Shown here: one piece after another, positions 29,506-38,514 of the stretch | Position numbering within the stretch: the first letter of the stretch is position 1 | Layout: each line of letters begins with the position of its first letter | Origin: Promethearchaeota archaeon | GTDB lineage: Archaea > Asgardarchaeota > Lokiarchaeia > Sigyniarchaeales > SOKP01 | NCBI GenBank assembly: GCA_018238625.1 | Contig: JABCSY010000003.1 | Coordinates: 1,764 to 65,763, forward strand | DNA: 64,000 nt | Direction: 5' to 3' | Program-made: the position numbers and the translations under genes | Notes under the pieces: generated by a model | The model's database searches: none | Seen by the model: the letters and a program-made list of their open reading frames with translations, nothing else | Told to the model about the DNA's origin: nothing

Positions 29506-30543
29506 TTAAATTTTAGTTATTTCGACATGCTCAACATTTTTCGAAATTTGAACAAGTCGAGGTTCATTAATGTTATCGATTGTTCCTACAATCCAATTAG
29601 ACACATGATATTCATTGGCAAGTCTCTTGGAAAATTCTTCGGCATATTCGCGATCAACAGAAAGGAGCATCCCCCCAGCGGTCTCAGGCATTTCGCATTC
29701 ATCGAATTTGTATCCAAAATCGTACGATAGTTCTTTTGCTAGTTTAAATATTGGGACCTTCTTAATATTAGCTGAAAGGTTAGATTCTTGGAGCATCTCC
29801 TTTAAGTGTCCTGAGAGTCCAAAACCGGAAACATCTGTCATTGAATGTACGAAAGATACATCTTGATAAGAATGGATAGTCTTTACAACGTTTTGTAGCG
29901 GCAAAGTCATAAATTCTATGGCCAAATCAATGGATCTATTGATTTTAGCTTTGGAGTATGTTTCTAAGAGGTCTGGTCTGTTTTTTTGTAAGCGATATGC
30001 GGCCATGATTGCTTGGTTTCCCACGGGGTTAGTCAGTATTAATTTATCACCTTCTTCTACGTAGTTCTTTTTAATCAGTTTGTTTTTATTGACGAATCCT
30101 GAAGCTTCGCCGCCAATTAAAGGCCATTCTGAATAGATTGTATGTCCTCCAAGTACTTTCGAGTGTATTTTATTTTCCATGAAATTTCTAATACCTTTCA
30201 ACATCCCTTCTGCGATGTGCATAGGCATGTTTTTTTTCAAGCCAAGAAATATTAGCATTCCTGAGACATCTAGAACGTTTAGCGCGAAAACATCGTTAGT
30301 GACGTTTGCAGCAGCGATCTCACCCATTATATCTGGTTCGTCGATAATCGGTGTAAAGATGTCAATGTTTTTTACCAGTACTAAATCGGTATTTGGTACG
30401 GGAATTACAGCAGAATCCTCGATATCTCCTTTCAAGCCAGCGCCAGCCAACAATTCGTCTAATTTTTTAGAATCAAGTTTACAGTTTCATCCGAATAATT
30501 TTGTCTGCAGTGTCAGTCGATAACTATATTCTTCTTGTAGCAT
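29506..30543 (-). CDS. selD: Selenophosphate synthetase paralog, Sec-containing (in-frame UGA at 30489-30487)
   Basis: The track ORF 29506-30453 extends through TGA to the ATG at 30543 (SD GAGGTGA): MLQEEYSYRLTLQTKLFG-U-NCKLDSKKLDELLAGAGLKGDIEDSAVIPVP... The body is collinear with the neighbouring SelD. Confidence 0.85.
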
Positions 30544-30710
30544 TCACCTCACGATTTTTTAAATATATTATAAACCTTCTCGATTGTGAATCTAAAAGAC
30601 TATCTGGTTATATTAATATTTTTGTAATAAATTATTTATTATTTCGATATAAAGAGGAGCTTTTTTTAGGATCTACAAAAAAAACTAATAAATTATTAGG
30701 AAGTAAAAGA

Positions 30711-33620
30711 TCACGGCAATAATAGGTCTATTTTTTTAGTTATTCTACGTGTAATATCGAACGGATCTTTATAATAAATGTTAAGGTTAACTTCGTCAAC
30801 TGTGGGGTCTGTTAAGTTTTTTTCAATATTTCGTTCGATTCTTAAGACATAATTGAACTTAAACACATTTCCAGGTTTTAACTCTTTAATATATAGATAT
30901 TTAGGAAAGCTTTCTTTTCTCAAAAATGTTAGGTACACAGGAGTCTTAAGAGAAATTTGTAATTCTGAAAACATTAGATTGGTTGGATTGTTCAATTTAA
31001 AATTAAAATAAATCTTATTTCCGATCGTCTTTATGCTCTTGAAGAAAAGGATATCCTTCGGTTCAATAATATCTTCTATCCTTGGCGAATAAAGGCTGTC
31101 CTTAATAATTTTTGCATTGAGTTTATTTTTATTAACGAACTTTACAAGTTTTTCTTTCAACGGATCGATATCTAAATCTATAAAAGAGGAAAGACTCTCT
31201 AATTTAATAGGATTCATGACATCGAGATAATATTTTATTTGGTTTAAGAGAAGTTTATCTTTACTCTTTTGTGTAAAGATTTTTAGTTTATTGATAAGCA
31301 TTTCCTTAAACGATACAAATTTTGTAATAGAAGGTCTTATGTATAGGTTAAAAACATCATTTTCTTCAGTTAGTTTTCCTACAATATTGTCTATTTGATT
31401 TTCATAATCCTCGATATAATTTTGAATTTGGTTAGTATTCATTTCTATAAGCTTTTTAGCGTCCGAGAATTCACTCCTTTTTAGCAAGATACTTAATTTT
31501 GATTCTAAATTAACGAAACTATCGTTAAATCGTTTAAGACCTTCGATTCCTTGCGTGATGATTGATTGTATATGACCTTGGAATAATATTGAAGATAACA
31601 TTTTAAGTTTTTGATCTTTAACTTTGCTATTAGAGCGTTGAATTTCAAGTACGATTCTATCTTTTATTAACCTTACTTTTCTATCTAAATCGCTCAAATA
31701 TTCTTGAAGTTCTATCTTAACAGCAACCCAGTTTCTTAACAAATCTTTAAACATTTCATTAAATTCTACATTCTGCACTAAGATTTCACGAATATCGTCA
31801 TCAAGTTTGAATAGATAATTTCTAAGTTGTGTAATTTGTTGGAATCTTTCTTCGATTTCGTCATCGGGAAAATTCTCTAATAGCAGCTCGTCAAAGCTTT
31901 CGGGAAGTTTATAATCCTTCAGATAATCATATTGAACTTTTAATACTTTAATACGGTCATCTAAAAGTTTAACTTTTGATTTTAGGCTAACAGTAAATTC
32001 TGCTTTCTTTTCTTCAAAAATCTCGGAAATGAATCCTCTGATAATACTGAGTTCATCAATAATGGTAACTTTAGTTTCTTCCCAATCCTCTATTAAATTA
32101 AACGCTAATCTCTTGTACTCGAATTTGTTTAGCCTCTTATTAAATTTCTTTACTTTTTTTAGTATTTTACGGTACACTTTATCTAATTCCATTTCAGTCT
32201 CGTGAAATTTGAATTCTTTTATGTAAGAATTCATTTTTTCTCTAAATTGAGCTGGAATTTTTTGGAATTCGTGAATTTTTTTATGAAACATTTCTAAATC
32301 TTCGTTAACAATTTGGATTGTTTTATCAATTTCTTTAAATTTTGCTTTGATAATTTTAATCGTATAAATGATTTCTTCGTTTACATCTGGATCGCTTTCA
32401 GATTTTAAAACTTTTTCCAATTCTATAAAAATCCAGACAGCTACTTTTTGACTTTCTAATATAAAACTTATATTCCTCAAAAGAATAATAGTTTTTTTTC
32501 TTTGACGCCAATATTTAGATTCTAATTGGTATAAAATTTTTGCAATTTCGTTTTCAATTTCTACTTGATATTCTTCATAAAGGCGCTTAAAAACGAGAGC
32601 AACTGCTTTTCTGACGTTTTCAGATGGATTTTCAAACTCTTCAAAGATGTAATTAAAAACTTCCATAATATTGTTTTGACACAAGTGATACAGCGCATTA
32701 ATAATTACATTTCTAAATTCGGGCTCGCCTGTATATAATGCTGTTTTTAAATTCGCCCAAATTTGATCGAAATTATTCTCCGCAATGTTTACCAAAGAAT
32801 CGATTACTCTAAGTTGGATACGGTAGTTATTTTCTTTTAAAAGGTTAATCAATTTAGGTATAATTGGAATTATTTCTGACGATTTTTCTTTTCCTATTTC
32901 TCCAATTAACCAAATAATGAGTTCTTTTACGCGAGCTTGTTCGTTGTTAAGAAGGTTTAATAGAACATATATAATATTTTCCTTTGATAGAAAATAAGTA
33001 CCAAGGATTTTCAAAAGTTCTGCGGACGACCTCGCAACGTCATCGTCTTCGTCCCTTAAATTAACGATTACAATAGAAAGTAACGGCTCTAATTCTCGTA
33101 TCTTAGTGTAGTCTTGATTTATAATTTTCTTAAGAGTCTTGATAACTTGAAGTTTAACTTCCCAGTCATTATCCATCAATTTTTCTGTAAATTCTTCAAT
33201 AATGTCTCGTAACTTTTCTCTATCAATGTGTAAAGAAAGAATTAGATTCCCAATAATCTTTACAGCTAATCTCCTAATAGAGGGTTCTTGATCAAAAAGT
33301 CGTGACCTTATCTTATTTATTAGATCAATTAATAAATTTGGACGGTACATTGAAATTTGATACAGAATTTCCAAAGAAACTAATCTAATCCAAGAGTTAA
33401 TATCATTTATTGTATTTGCTAAGTTTCTTACTGTTCTTAAAGAAATTGCCGGTGACTTATCGCAGATTTTATTCAATAAAGTTAAACTATCGTATAGTAG
33501 TTCTTTATTTGAGTGCTCTGGATTTTCAATAATTTCAAAAAGTTCTTCAGCGGCATTTTCATAACTACCGCTTAAAATTAATTCTTCAACTTTTCTTTCG
33601 TCTAATGTCAGAATAGTCAA
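30711..33620 (-). CDS. Large HEAT/ARM-repeat protein with central coiled coil and beta-rich C-terminal domain
   Basis: 969 aa. The N-terminal 400 aa or so contain repeated HEAT-like units (SIRRLAVKIIGNL, DWEVKLQVIKTLKKI, DDDVARSSAELLKILG, ARVKELIIWLIGEIG, YRIQLRVIDSLVNI, ENVRKAVALVFKRL, DPDVNEEIIYTI). Confidence 0.55.
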   Translation of the reverse strand: MTILTLDERKVEELILSGSYENAAEELFEIIENPEHSNKELLYDSLTLLNKICDKSPAISLRTVRNLANTINDINSWIRLVSLEILYQISMYRPNLLIDLINKIRSRLFDQEPSIRRLAVKIIGNLILSLHIDREKLRDIIEEFTEKLMDNDWEVKLQVIKTLKKIINQDYTKIRELEPLLSIVIVNLRDEDDDVARSSAELLKILGTYFLSKENIIYVLLNLLNNEQARVKELIIWLIGEIGKEKSSEIIPIIPKLINLLKENNYRIQLRVIDSLVNIAENNFDQIWANLKTALYTGEPEFRNVIINALYHLCQNNIMEVFNYIFEEFENPSENVRKAVALVFKRLYEEYQVEIENEIAKILYQLESKYWRQRKKTIILLRNISFILESQKVAVWIFIELEKVLKSESDPDVNEEIIYTIKIIKAKFKEIDKTIQIVNEDLEMFHKKIHEFQKIPAQFREKMNSYIKEFKFHETEMELDKVYRKILKKVKKFNKRLNKFEYKRLAFNLIEDWEETKVTIIDELSIIRGFISEIFEEKKAEFTVSLKSKVKLLDDRIKVLKVQYDYLKDYKLPESFDELLLENFPDDEIEERFQQITQLRNYLFKLDDDIREILVQNVEFNEMFKDLLRNWVAVKIELQEYLSDLDRKVRLIKDRIVLEIQRSNSKVKDQKLKMLSSILFQGHIQSIITQGIEGLKRFNDSFVNLESKLSILLKRSEFSDAKKLIEMNTNQIQNYIEDYENQIDNIVGKLTEENDVFNLYIRPSITKFVSFKEMLINKLKIFTQKSKDKLLLNQIKYYLDVMNPIKLESLSSFIDLDIDPLKEKLVKFVNKNKLNAKIIKDSLYSPRIEDIIEPKDILFFKSIKTIGNKIYFNFKLNNPTNLMFSELQISLKTPVYLTFLRKESFPKYLYIKELKPGNVFKFNYVLRIERNIEKNLTDPTVDEVNLNIYYKDPFDITRRITKKIDLLLP

Positions 33621-33784
33621 TAGCCTTCTATCTTGTAATTCTAATATTGAACTAATTATATTTTTGATGTTAATCTTTAAAAATGTTTTTCAACAATAAC
33701 ATAAAATTATATCATTTTATAATTAATCAGAAAATAAACAAAAAAAAATAGTAATAATATCTAAAAAAAAATTGAAATTGATAT

Positions 33785-34348
33785 TTATTCTAATAATTCA
33801 ATTATCGCAGTACCGGGAGTTGCAATTCTCTCTCGATATGTAAGAATACCCTCTGGAACATCCTTTGTTTTGACTAAACCTTTCTCAATATCTTTTTCAG
33901 AAATATACCCTCTCTCACCAGCTTCAAATTGCTTTATAATATTACCGTCTTTGTCTTTAATATCAACATCTGTTATTGTAGTTTGCTTAACATCGAAATA
34001 AACGCTCTTCCCTTCAATTTTTGTAATATTAGCTTCAGTGATAAGTAAATCTCCACACCTTACCATAGATCTCATTGAAACATCTGTTTCAATTAGTGTT
34101 CCATATTTTCCATGCTCTAGAAAATCTTCAAATAATTTTGTAATGAATCCAAAACTAAAGAGCCCATGAGCTATTATGCCTTTAAGTCCCGCCTTCTCAG
34201 CTACAACATCGTTGGTGTGTATTGGGTTGGTATCTCCCGACGCTTTCGCGTATTTTTTTAACAAATCTCGGGTAATTCCATTAAATTCATTTTTAATAAC
34301 TTCTCCAACTTTAACATCTGAAATTTTTACCATTTTTTTTACCTCCAT
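33785..34348 (-). CDS. MaoC-like (R)-specific enoyl-CoA hydratase/dehydratase, hot-dog fold
   Basis: YAKASGDTNPIHTNDVVAEKAGLKGIIAHGLFSFGFI is the hydratase-2 motif. Confidence 0.8.
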   Translation of the reverse strand: MEVKKMVKISDVKVGEVIKNEFNGITRDLLKKYAKASGDTNPIHTNDVVAEKAGLKGIIAHGLFSFGFITKLFEDFLEHGKYGTLIETDVSMRSMVRCGDLLITEANITKIEGKSVYFDVKQTTITDVDIKDKDGNIIKQFEAGERGYISEKDIEKGLVKTKDVPEGILTYRERIATPGTAIIELLE

Positions 34349-34363
34349 TTTTTTTCTGCGGCA

Positions 34364-34864
34364 TTAGTAGCCTCCCGGCCGCACTGCAACTATTACTGTA
34401 GGTTTGCAAACTAATTCGCTATTTTGATTTTTTACGGAGACGAACAATTCAGCAAATAATACCATGTTTTTCTCTACAACCCAAACTTTACCCCATTTAG
34501 CAGTTATTTTAAGTTTATCTCCTGGCTTCACATTTACGCATCCACCCCAGTCATATTTCTGACCCCCATGTAATAGTTTTCCTACATTTAACATAAAAGG
34601 TCGTTCTATGCCATCTTGTATTAATTTCATTCCTAAAAGCAATTTATATAATGCCTTGATTGTGAAATTATTAGCAAAAGCGTGACACGCAATTATTCCT
34701 TCCTCTTCGGGTCCAACATATTTTGGATCGGTGATGCCATATACTTTAGCAAATCCGACTAACGTTTTATATCTTACATTTACTGTTGCCGATCCTTCAA
34801 CTTCTTTTCCAGCAAGATTTTTGACTAAGAAATCTGCATTTTTCTTAACTTCTTCTGGTTCCAT
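34364..34864 (-). CDS. MaoC N-terminal-type hot-dog protein (non-catalytic partner subunit)
   Basis: 166 aa, FAS1-like dehydratase N-domain pattern (FAKVYGITDPKYV..ACHAFAN...LLHGGQKYDW). 15 nt upstream of the MaoC gene, a HadA/HadB-like arrangement. Confidence 0.6.
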   Translation of the reverse strand: MEPEEVKKNADFLVKNLAGKEVEGSATVNVRYKTLVGFAKVYGITDPKYVGPEEEGIIACHAFANNFTIKALYKLLLGMKLIQDGIERPFMLNVGKLLHGGQKYDWGGCVNVKPGDKLKITAKWGKVWVVEKNMVLFAELFVSVKNQNSELVCKPTVIVAVRPGGY

Positions 34865-34964
34865 TTTTCTTAACTTCTTTTGTTTTTTACTTTTAAAATT
34901 ATTAATTATATATTTTAATTATTCTCATTTTAATTAAAACTTTAATTTATATCCAATTTTCTTC

Positions 34965-35687
34965 TTAAACCTTAATTTTAGTATAAACTTGGTTTTGCAA
35001 TTCAATATTTTTAAAGTAATTGAATATGCGTGAATTTAGGAAGGTGCCGTTTAATAAAATACAGCTAATTTTGTGTTTATCTATTAATGTTAATAAATAA
35101 GAATCAATTGGTTTTGATTTTTTTAAATTATCTTGACTTAATCCGATTTCAGCCAAACCCCCGCTTTTTTTTAATTCTCTATATTGTATTGTGGAGATTT
35201 CTTTAATCACTTCATTATTTTTGTTATAAATTCCCTCTACATCCTTAATCAAATAACATTCGTTTAGATTTAATTTATTAGCAATATAGATTGCTATTGA
35301 ATCAGAAGTAACATCCCAGCTATGTGGTATGTCGTCGTTTTTCTTGAGATAATTATAAGGCAAAAAGATGCAAAAAATTCTTTTAGCGCGTTGTATTTTC
35401 TCGAAATCATCGATACATTCAAAATCGGGAAACTTCCTATTCAAATCTGTTCCGTTATAATCCATAGAAAAGATGGCCATCCAATGGGCAAGGTCATCTC
35501 CAATAACTAATTTTTTATCGATGCTTCTAATAAAATTAGCATACGATCCACCACCAGGGATTATAATTATTTTCTGAAGGGTGTTATCGTCATACAATTT
35601 TTTAAGCTGGGATATAGTACATTCGAGGTTTTTATAATCTTCTAAAATTTTTCCACCTATTTTAAAAACTGCGTTATTATGTGGCAT
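34965..35687 (-). CDS. Amino-acid-kinase-family protein, MfnE-like (methanofuran/H4MPT-linked kinase), tentative
   Basis: FKIGGKILED...IIIPGGGSYANFIRSIDKKLVIGDDLAHWMAIFSMD is an AAK fold. It is paired with a hydantoinase-like ASKHA protein, as in H4MPT/methanofuran clusters. Confidence 0.45.
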   Translation of the reverse strand: MPHNNAVFKIGGKILEDYKNLECTISQLKKLYDDNTLQKIIIIPGGGSYANFIRSIDKKLVIGDDLAHWMAIFSMDYNGTDLNRKFPDFECIDDFEKIQRAKRIFCIFLPYNYLKKNDDIPHSWDVTSDSIAIYIANKLNLNECYLIKDVEGIYNKNNEVIKEISTIQYRELKKSGGLAEIGLSQDNLKKSKPIDSYLLTLIDKHKISCILLNGTFLNSRIFNYFKNIELQNQVYTKIKV

Positions 35688-35702
35688 TATTGACCCCAGA
35701 TA

Positions 35703-36782
35703 TTATAATTGAAAATAAAATGCTCCCGCAACAGCAAAAGCGGAAGAACTAATACGATCCGGAATATTAGTTATTTCTTCATAGCTTAAAATATTCCTAT
35801 AACCTAATTTTTGTAGAACATTTTTAATTAAAAATCCAGCAGATAATCCGGTAATAACAAATTTTGGCTCATTGTTAAATTCAGGCTTTCTAAGAGTTAA
35901 ATCTTTCATAAATTCTTGAATTTCGGTTATAATTATCTCCAGTTGTTCGTCATAAATATATTTCGCAATTGTATCTAATTCTGTTTTTGTAATCGTTTCT
36001 AAGTCCATACATATCACCCTTGCTAATCGGGCGTAGCAATTTTCTAACGATTTTGAACGATTATCTGCTGTATCATTAAGATATTCTTCGTTAGAAATAT
36101 TGTTTAATATTCTATGAACATCCGAAACTAGAGCAAACTTTTCGAAAGAGATTCGAGCCATCTTTCCTTTATAGGGAACGAAGTGAGTTAGAGAAGGTAT
36201 TGTCGGCCTTAAACCCCCCGTATAAATCAATTCGTGATTTATTAATCTCTCAACATCGTTTTTTCCCTTAGCAACAGGTACAGAATTTAAAATAGGGATT
36301 ATATCAATAGTAGTAGAGCCCGCATCTATTAAAATACATTTTGAAACGAATTTACCTAAAAATAACGAGGTTGACACCCAATTTGCAGCCTCTATTGATG
36401 CATATTCTTCTCTTGCTTGAGAAAAATTAATAAACTTGCTATTATTGTTAATAAAGAGCATTTTTTCGGCATCAAAGACTTGTTCTAAAGCATCTAATAT
36501 TGTAGAAATGCCTTCGCGTTTAGTTGGAAACGCATCTGAAAGCTCGGCAGTAATAGTAATAGAGATAAAGTCTACTTCTTTCAAGGATACCTTGTTTTTC
36601 ATAATTAAGTTTTCTACGATTCTTCTGAGCATATTAGGAATATCAGTTATTGTTTTTTCCCAGAAAGGAAAATATTCTATAAATGAAAACGATTCAAAAA
36701 TTTCTGAGTTTTTAAATTTAACAAGAGCTGCTTTAGTATTCGCTCCACCAATATCGAGCCCTAAAATGTATTTACATACCAT
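35703..36782 (-). CDS. Hydantoinase-A-like ASKHA ATPase (H4MPT-linked C1-transfer pathway protein, MfnF-like), tentative
   Basis: LGLDIGGANTKAALV phosphate-1 motif, IDAGSTTIDIIP, YTGGLRPT. Confidence 0.45.
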   Translation of the reverse strand: MVCKYILGLDIGGANTKAALVKFKNSEIFESFSFIEYFPFWEKTITDIPNMLRRIVENLIMKNKVSLKEVDFISITITAELSDAFPTKREGISTILDALEQVFDAEKMLFINNNSKFINFSQAREEYASIEAANWVSTSLFLGKFVSKCILIDAGSTTIDIIPILNSVPVAKGKNDVERLINHELIYTGGLRPTIPSLTHFVPYKGKMARISFEKFALVSDVHRILNNISNEEYLNDTADNRSKSLENCYARLARVICMDLETITKTELDTIAKYIYDEQLEIIITEIQEFMKDLTLRKPEFNNEPKFVITGLSAGFLIKNVLQKLGYRNILSYEEITNIPDRISSSAFAVAGAFYFQL

Positions 36783-36831
36783 AATTACAGTATAAGCTTA
36801 TTTAGAAGTTCTAAAACATCGTTATCGTATT

Positions 36832-37302
36832 TTAAGTCGTCTTTTTTCTTCTTTTTCTAGTTTCTTGTACTTCAAGAAACATGCCTAAAATTTCTTCTGT
36901 ATCAAAATATGCATATGTTTGTTTTCCTATTGATCCTGAATAAATCTTTTCAATTCCACGTTTTTCGAAATATTCAATATATGAATCTATATTTTCAATA
37001 AAAAGACTGACATGATGAAGTCCTTCCCTGCCTTGATCTAAAAATTCTTTAAAGACTGATTCACCTTCAATAAGTTGAATCAATTCAATTTGAATGTTAA
37101 ATTGGCGACTTAGAGCTATCTTTGTGTTTACTTTGGAGTCTTTTCCTCTATATTTAACAACTTGAGTTGTTTCTGGTATAATTGCAAATTTTGGCATATT
37201 GAAGAGTTCTTCAAAAATTTTTGCTTGTTTTTCAATATCCTTATAGACAAAACCTAATTGTTCGACTTTCAGATTTTTAAAATTAACATTAAATTCTTCC
37301 AT
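36832..37302 (-). CDS. VOC-family protein (glyoxalase / methylmalonyl-CoA epimerase-like)
   Basis: LGFVYKDIEKQAKIFEELF...GLHHVSLFIENIDSYIEYFEKRGIE. The start is moved to the ATG at 37302 (MEEFNVN) from the track start at 37353. Confidence 0.65.
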   Translation of the reverse strand: MEEFNVNFKNLKVEQLGFVYKDIEKQAKIFEELFNMPKFAIIPETTQVVKYRGKDSKVNTKIALSRQFNIQIELIQLIEGESVFKEFLDQGREGLHHVSLFIENIDSYIEYFEKRGIEKIYSGSIGKQTYAYFDTEEILGMFLEVQETRKRRKKTT

Positions 37303-37420
37303 AATTATTTTTCTCCGGCTAAGCATATAAAAATTTCTAAATTGAACTATCATGAAAAATAATAAATAAAGTTTGTAAAGTTTGTAATAAAGATTAATAG
37401 TTTCGAGTCAATCTTGATAA

Positions 37421-38476
37421 TTACTGTGAGTTATCGTACTTATCCTTTAAATAAGATACCACTTCATCAAGATTTTCTCCAGTTAAGGCGTTAATTAAAA
37501 AGTACTCTTCGTCTCTGATATTTAACTTTTCTTTAAGATATTCAATCTCATCAGCGTTGGCTAAATCCATTTTATTGAATAGAAGTACAATCTGGATTTT
37601 TCCCTCTTTTGTAAAATTATTTTTAATTTCGTAAAATAAGTCCAATTGCGAATCAATAGAATAACCACATGCGGGAGTTGGGTCAAATACGAAAAGAATT
37701 AAGTCAGATATTAGTTTTAGAGCTAAAACTGCTTGTAATTCAATGTTGTTTCTTTCTACCATTGACCTGTCCAATATTCCGGGTGTGTCCATAATTTGTA
37801 ATTTAATTGAATCAAATTTCCTCTCGATAAATAGATGGCCTAACGATAATTTTTTTGTTGTGAATGGGTATTCTTGAATTTCAACTTTTTTGTTCGTCGA
37901 AATATTTTTCACAATACTACTTTTACCCACGTTAGGATATCCCGCGACTACGATACAATGTATAGTGTAGTCGAGCGAGGGGATTTCTTTTAATCTCCCT
38001 CTAACGCTATTTAAATATTCGAGGTTTTTATTTTGTTTTCTAATTATCGACGAAATTCTTCCAAATGCAGCTCTTCTGATTCGATCAGCGTCTCTAGGTG
38101 CTTCAATCTGGCTTAATTGTTTTGAATGTTCTCTTTCTAATTTGCTTAAAAGGGGTAAAATTCCATTAAGTTTTCCAAGAGTTAATTTTAACTCGTCAAC
38201 ATCGACCAATAATGACGCCAACTCTTTGTAAAAATCAGGCAGATCGTCTATTATTGGCACTTTCTTAATTATGCCAAGAATTCTATCTATTAATTCCTTA
38301 TTTGCTACTTTTATTCGTGTAAATTCCTTTTTTTTTGCCTTTAAAAGAATAGGCGCATTCTTTGAGACTTTAGCGCTACTTTTCATAGCTCTCTTAAAAG
38401 CTATGTCTAATAATTCTTTTGAATTATGGACGTGGGAAAATTCTAAAAAGGGGTTCTTCATGAAATTTTGTAACAA
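37421..38476 (-). CDS. NOG1-family GTPase
   Basis: NOG1-type helical N-domain followed by the G domain AGYPNVGKSS, DTPGILDR and NKMD. Confidence 0.8.
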   Translation of the reverse strand: MLQNFMKNPFLEFSHVHNSKELLDIAFKRAMKSSAKVSKNAPILLKAKKKEFTRIKVANKELIDRILGIIKKVPIIDDLPDFYKELASLLVDVDELKLTLGKLNGILPLLSKLEREHSKQLSQIEAPRDADRIRRAAFGRISSIIRKQNKNLEYLNSVRGRLKEIPSLDYTIHCIVVAGYPNVGKSSIVKNISTNKKVEIQEYPFTTKKLSLGHLFIERKFDSIKLQIMDTPGILDRSMVERNNIELQAVLALKLISDLILFVFDPTPACGYSIDSQLDLFYEIKNNFTKEGKIQIVLLFNKMDLANADEIEYLKEKLNIRDEEYFLINALTGENLDEVVSYLKDKYDNSQ

Positions 38477-38514
38477 AATTTAATTAATTAGTTATATAAA
38501 AGAAGCCTAAAATA

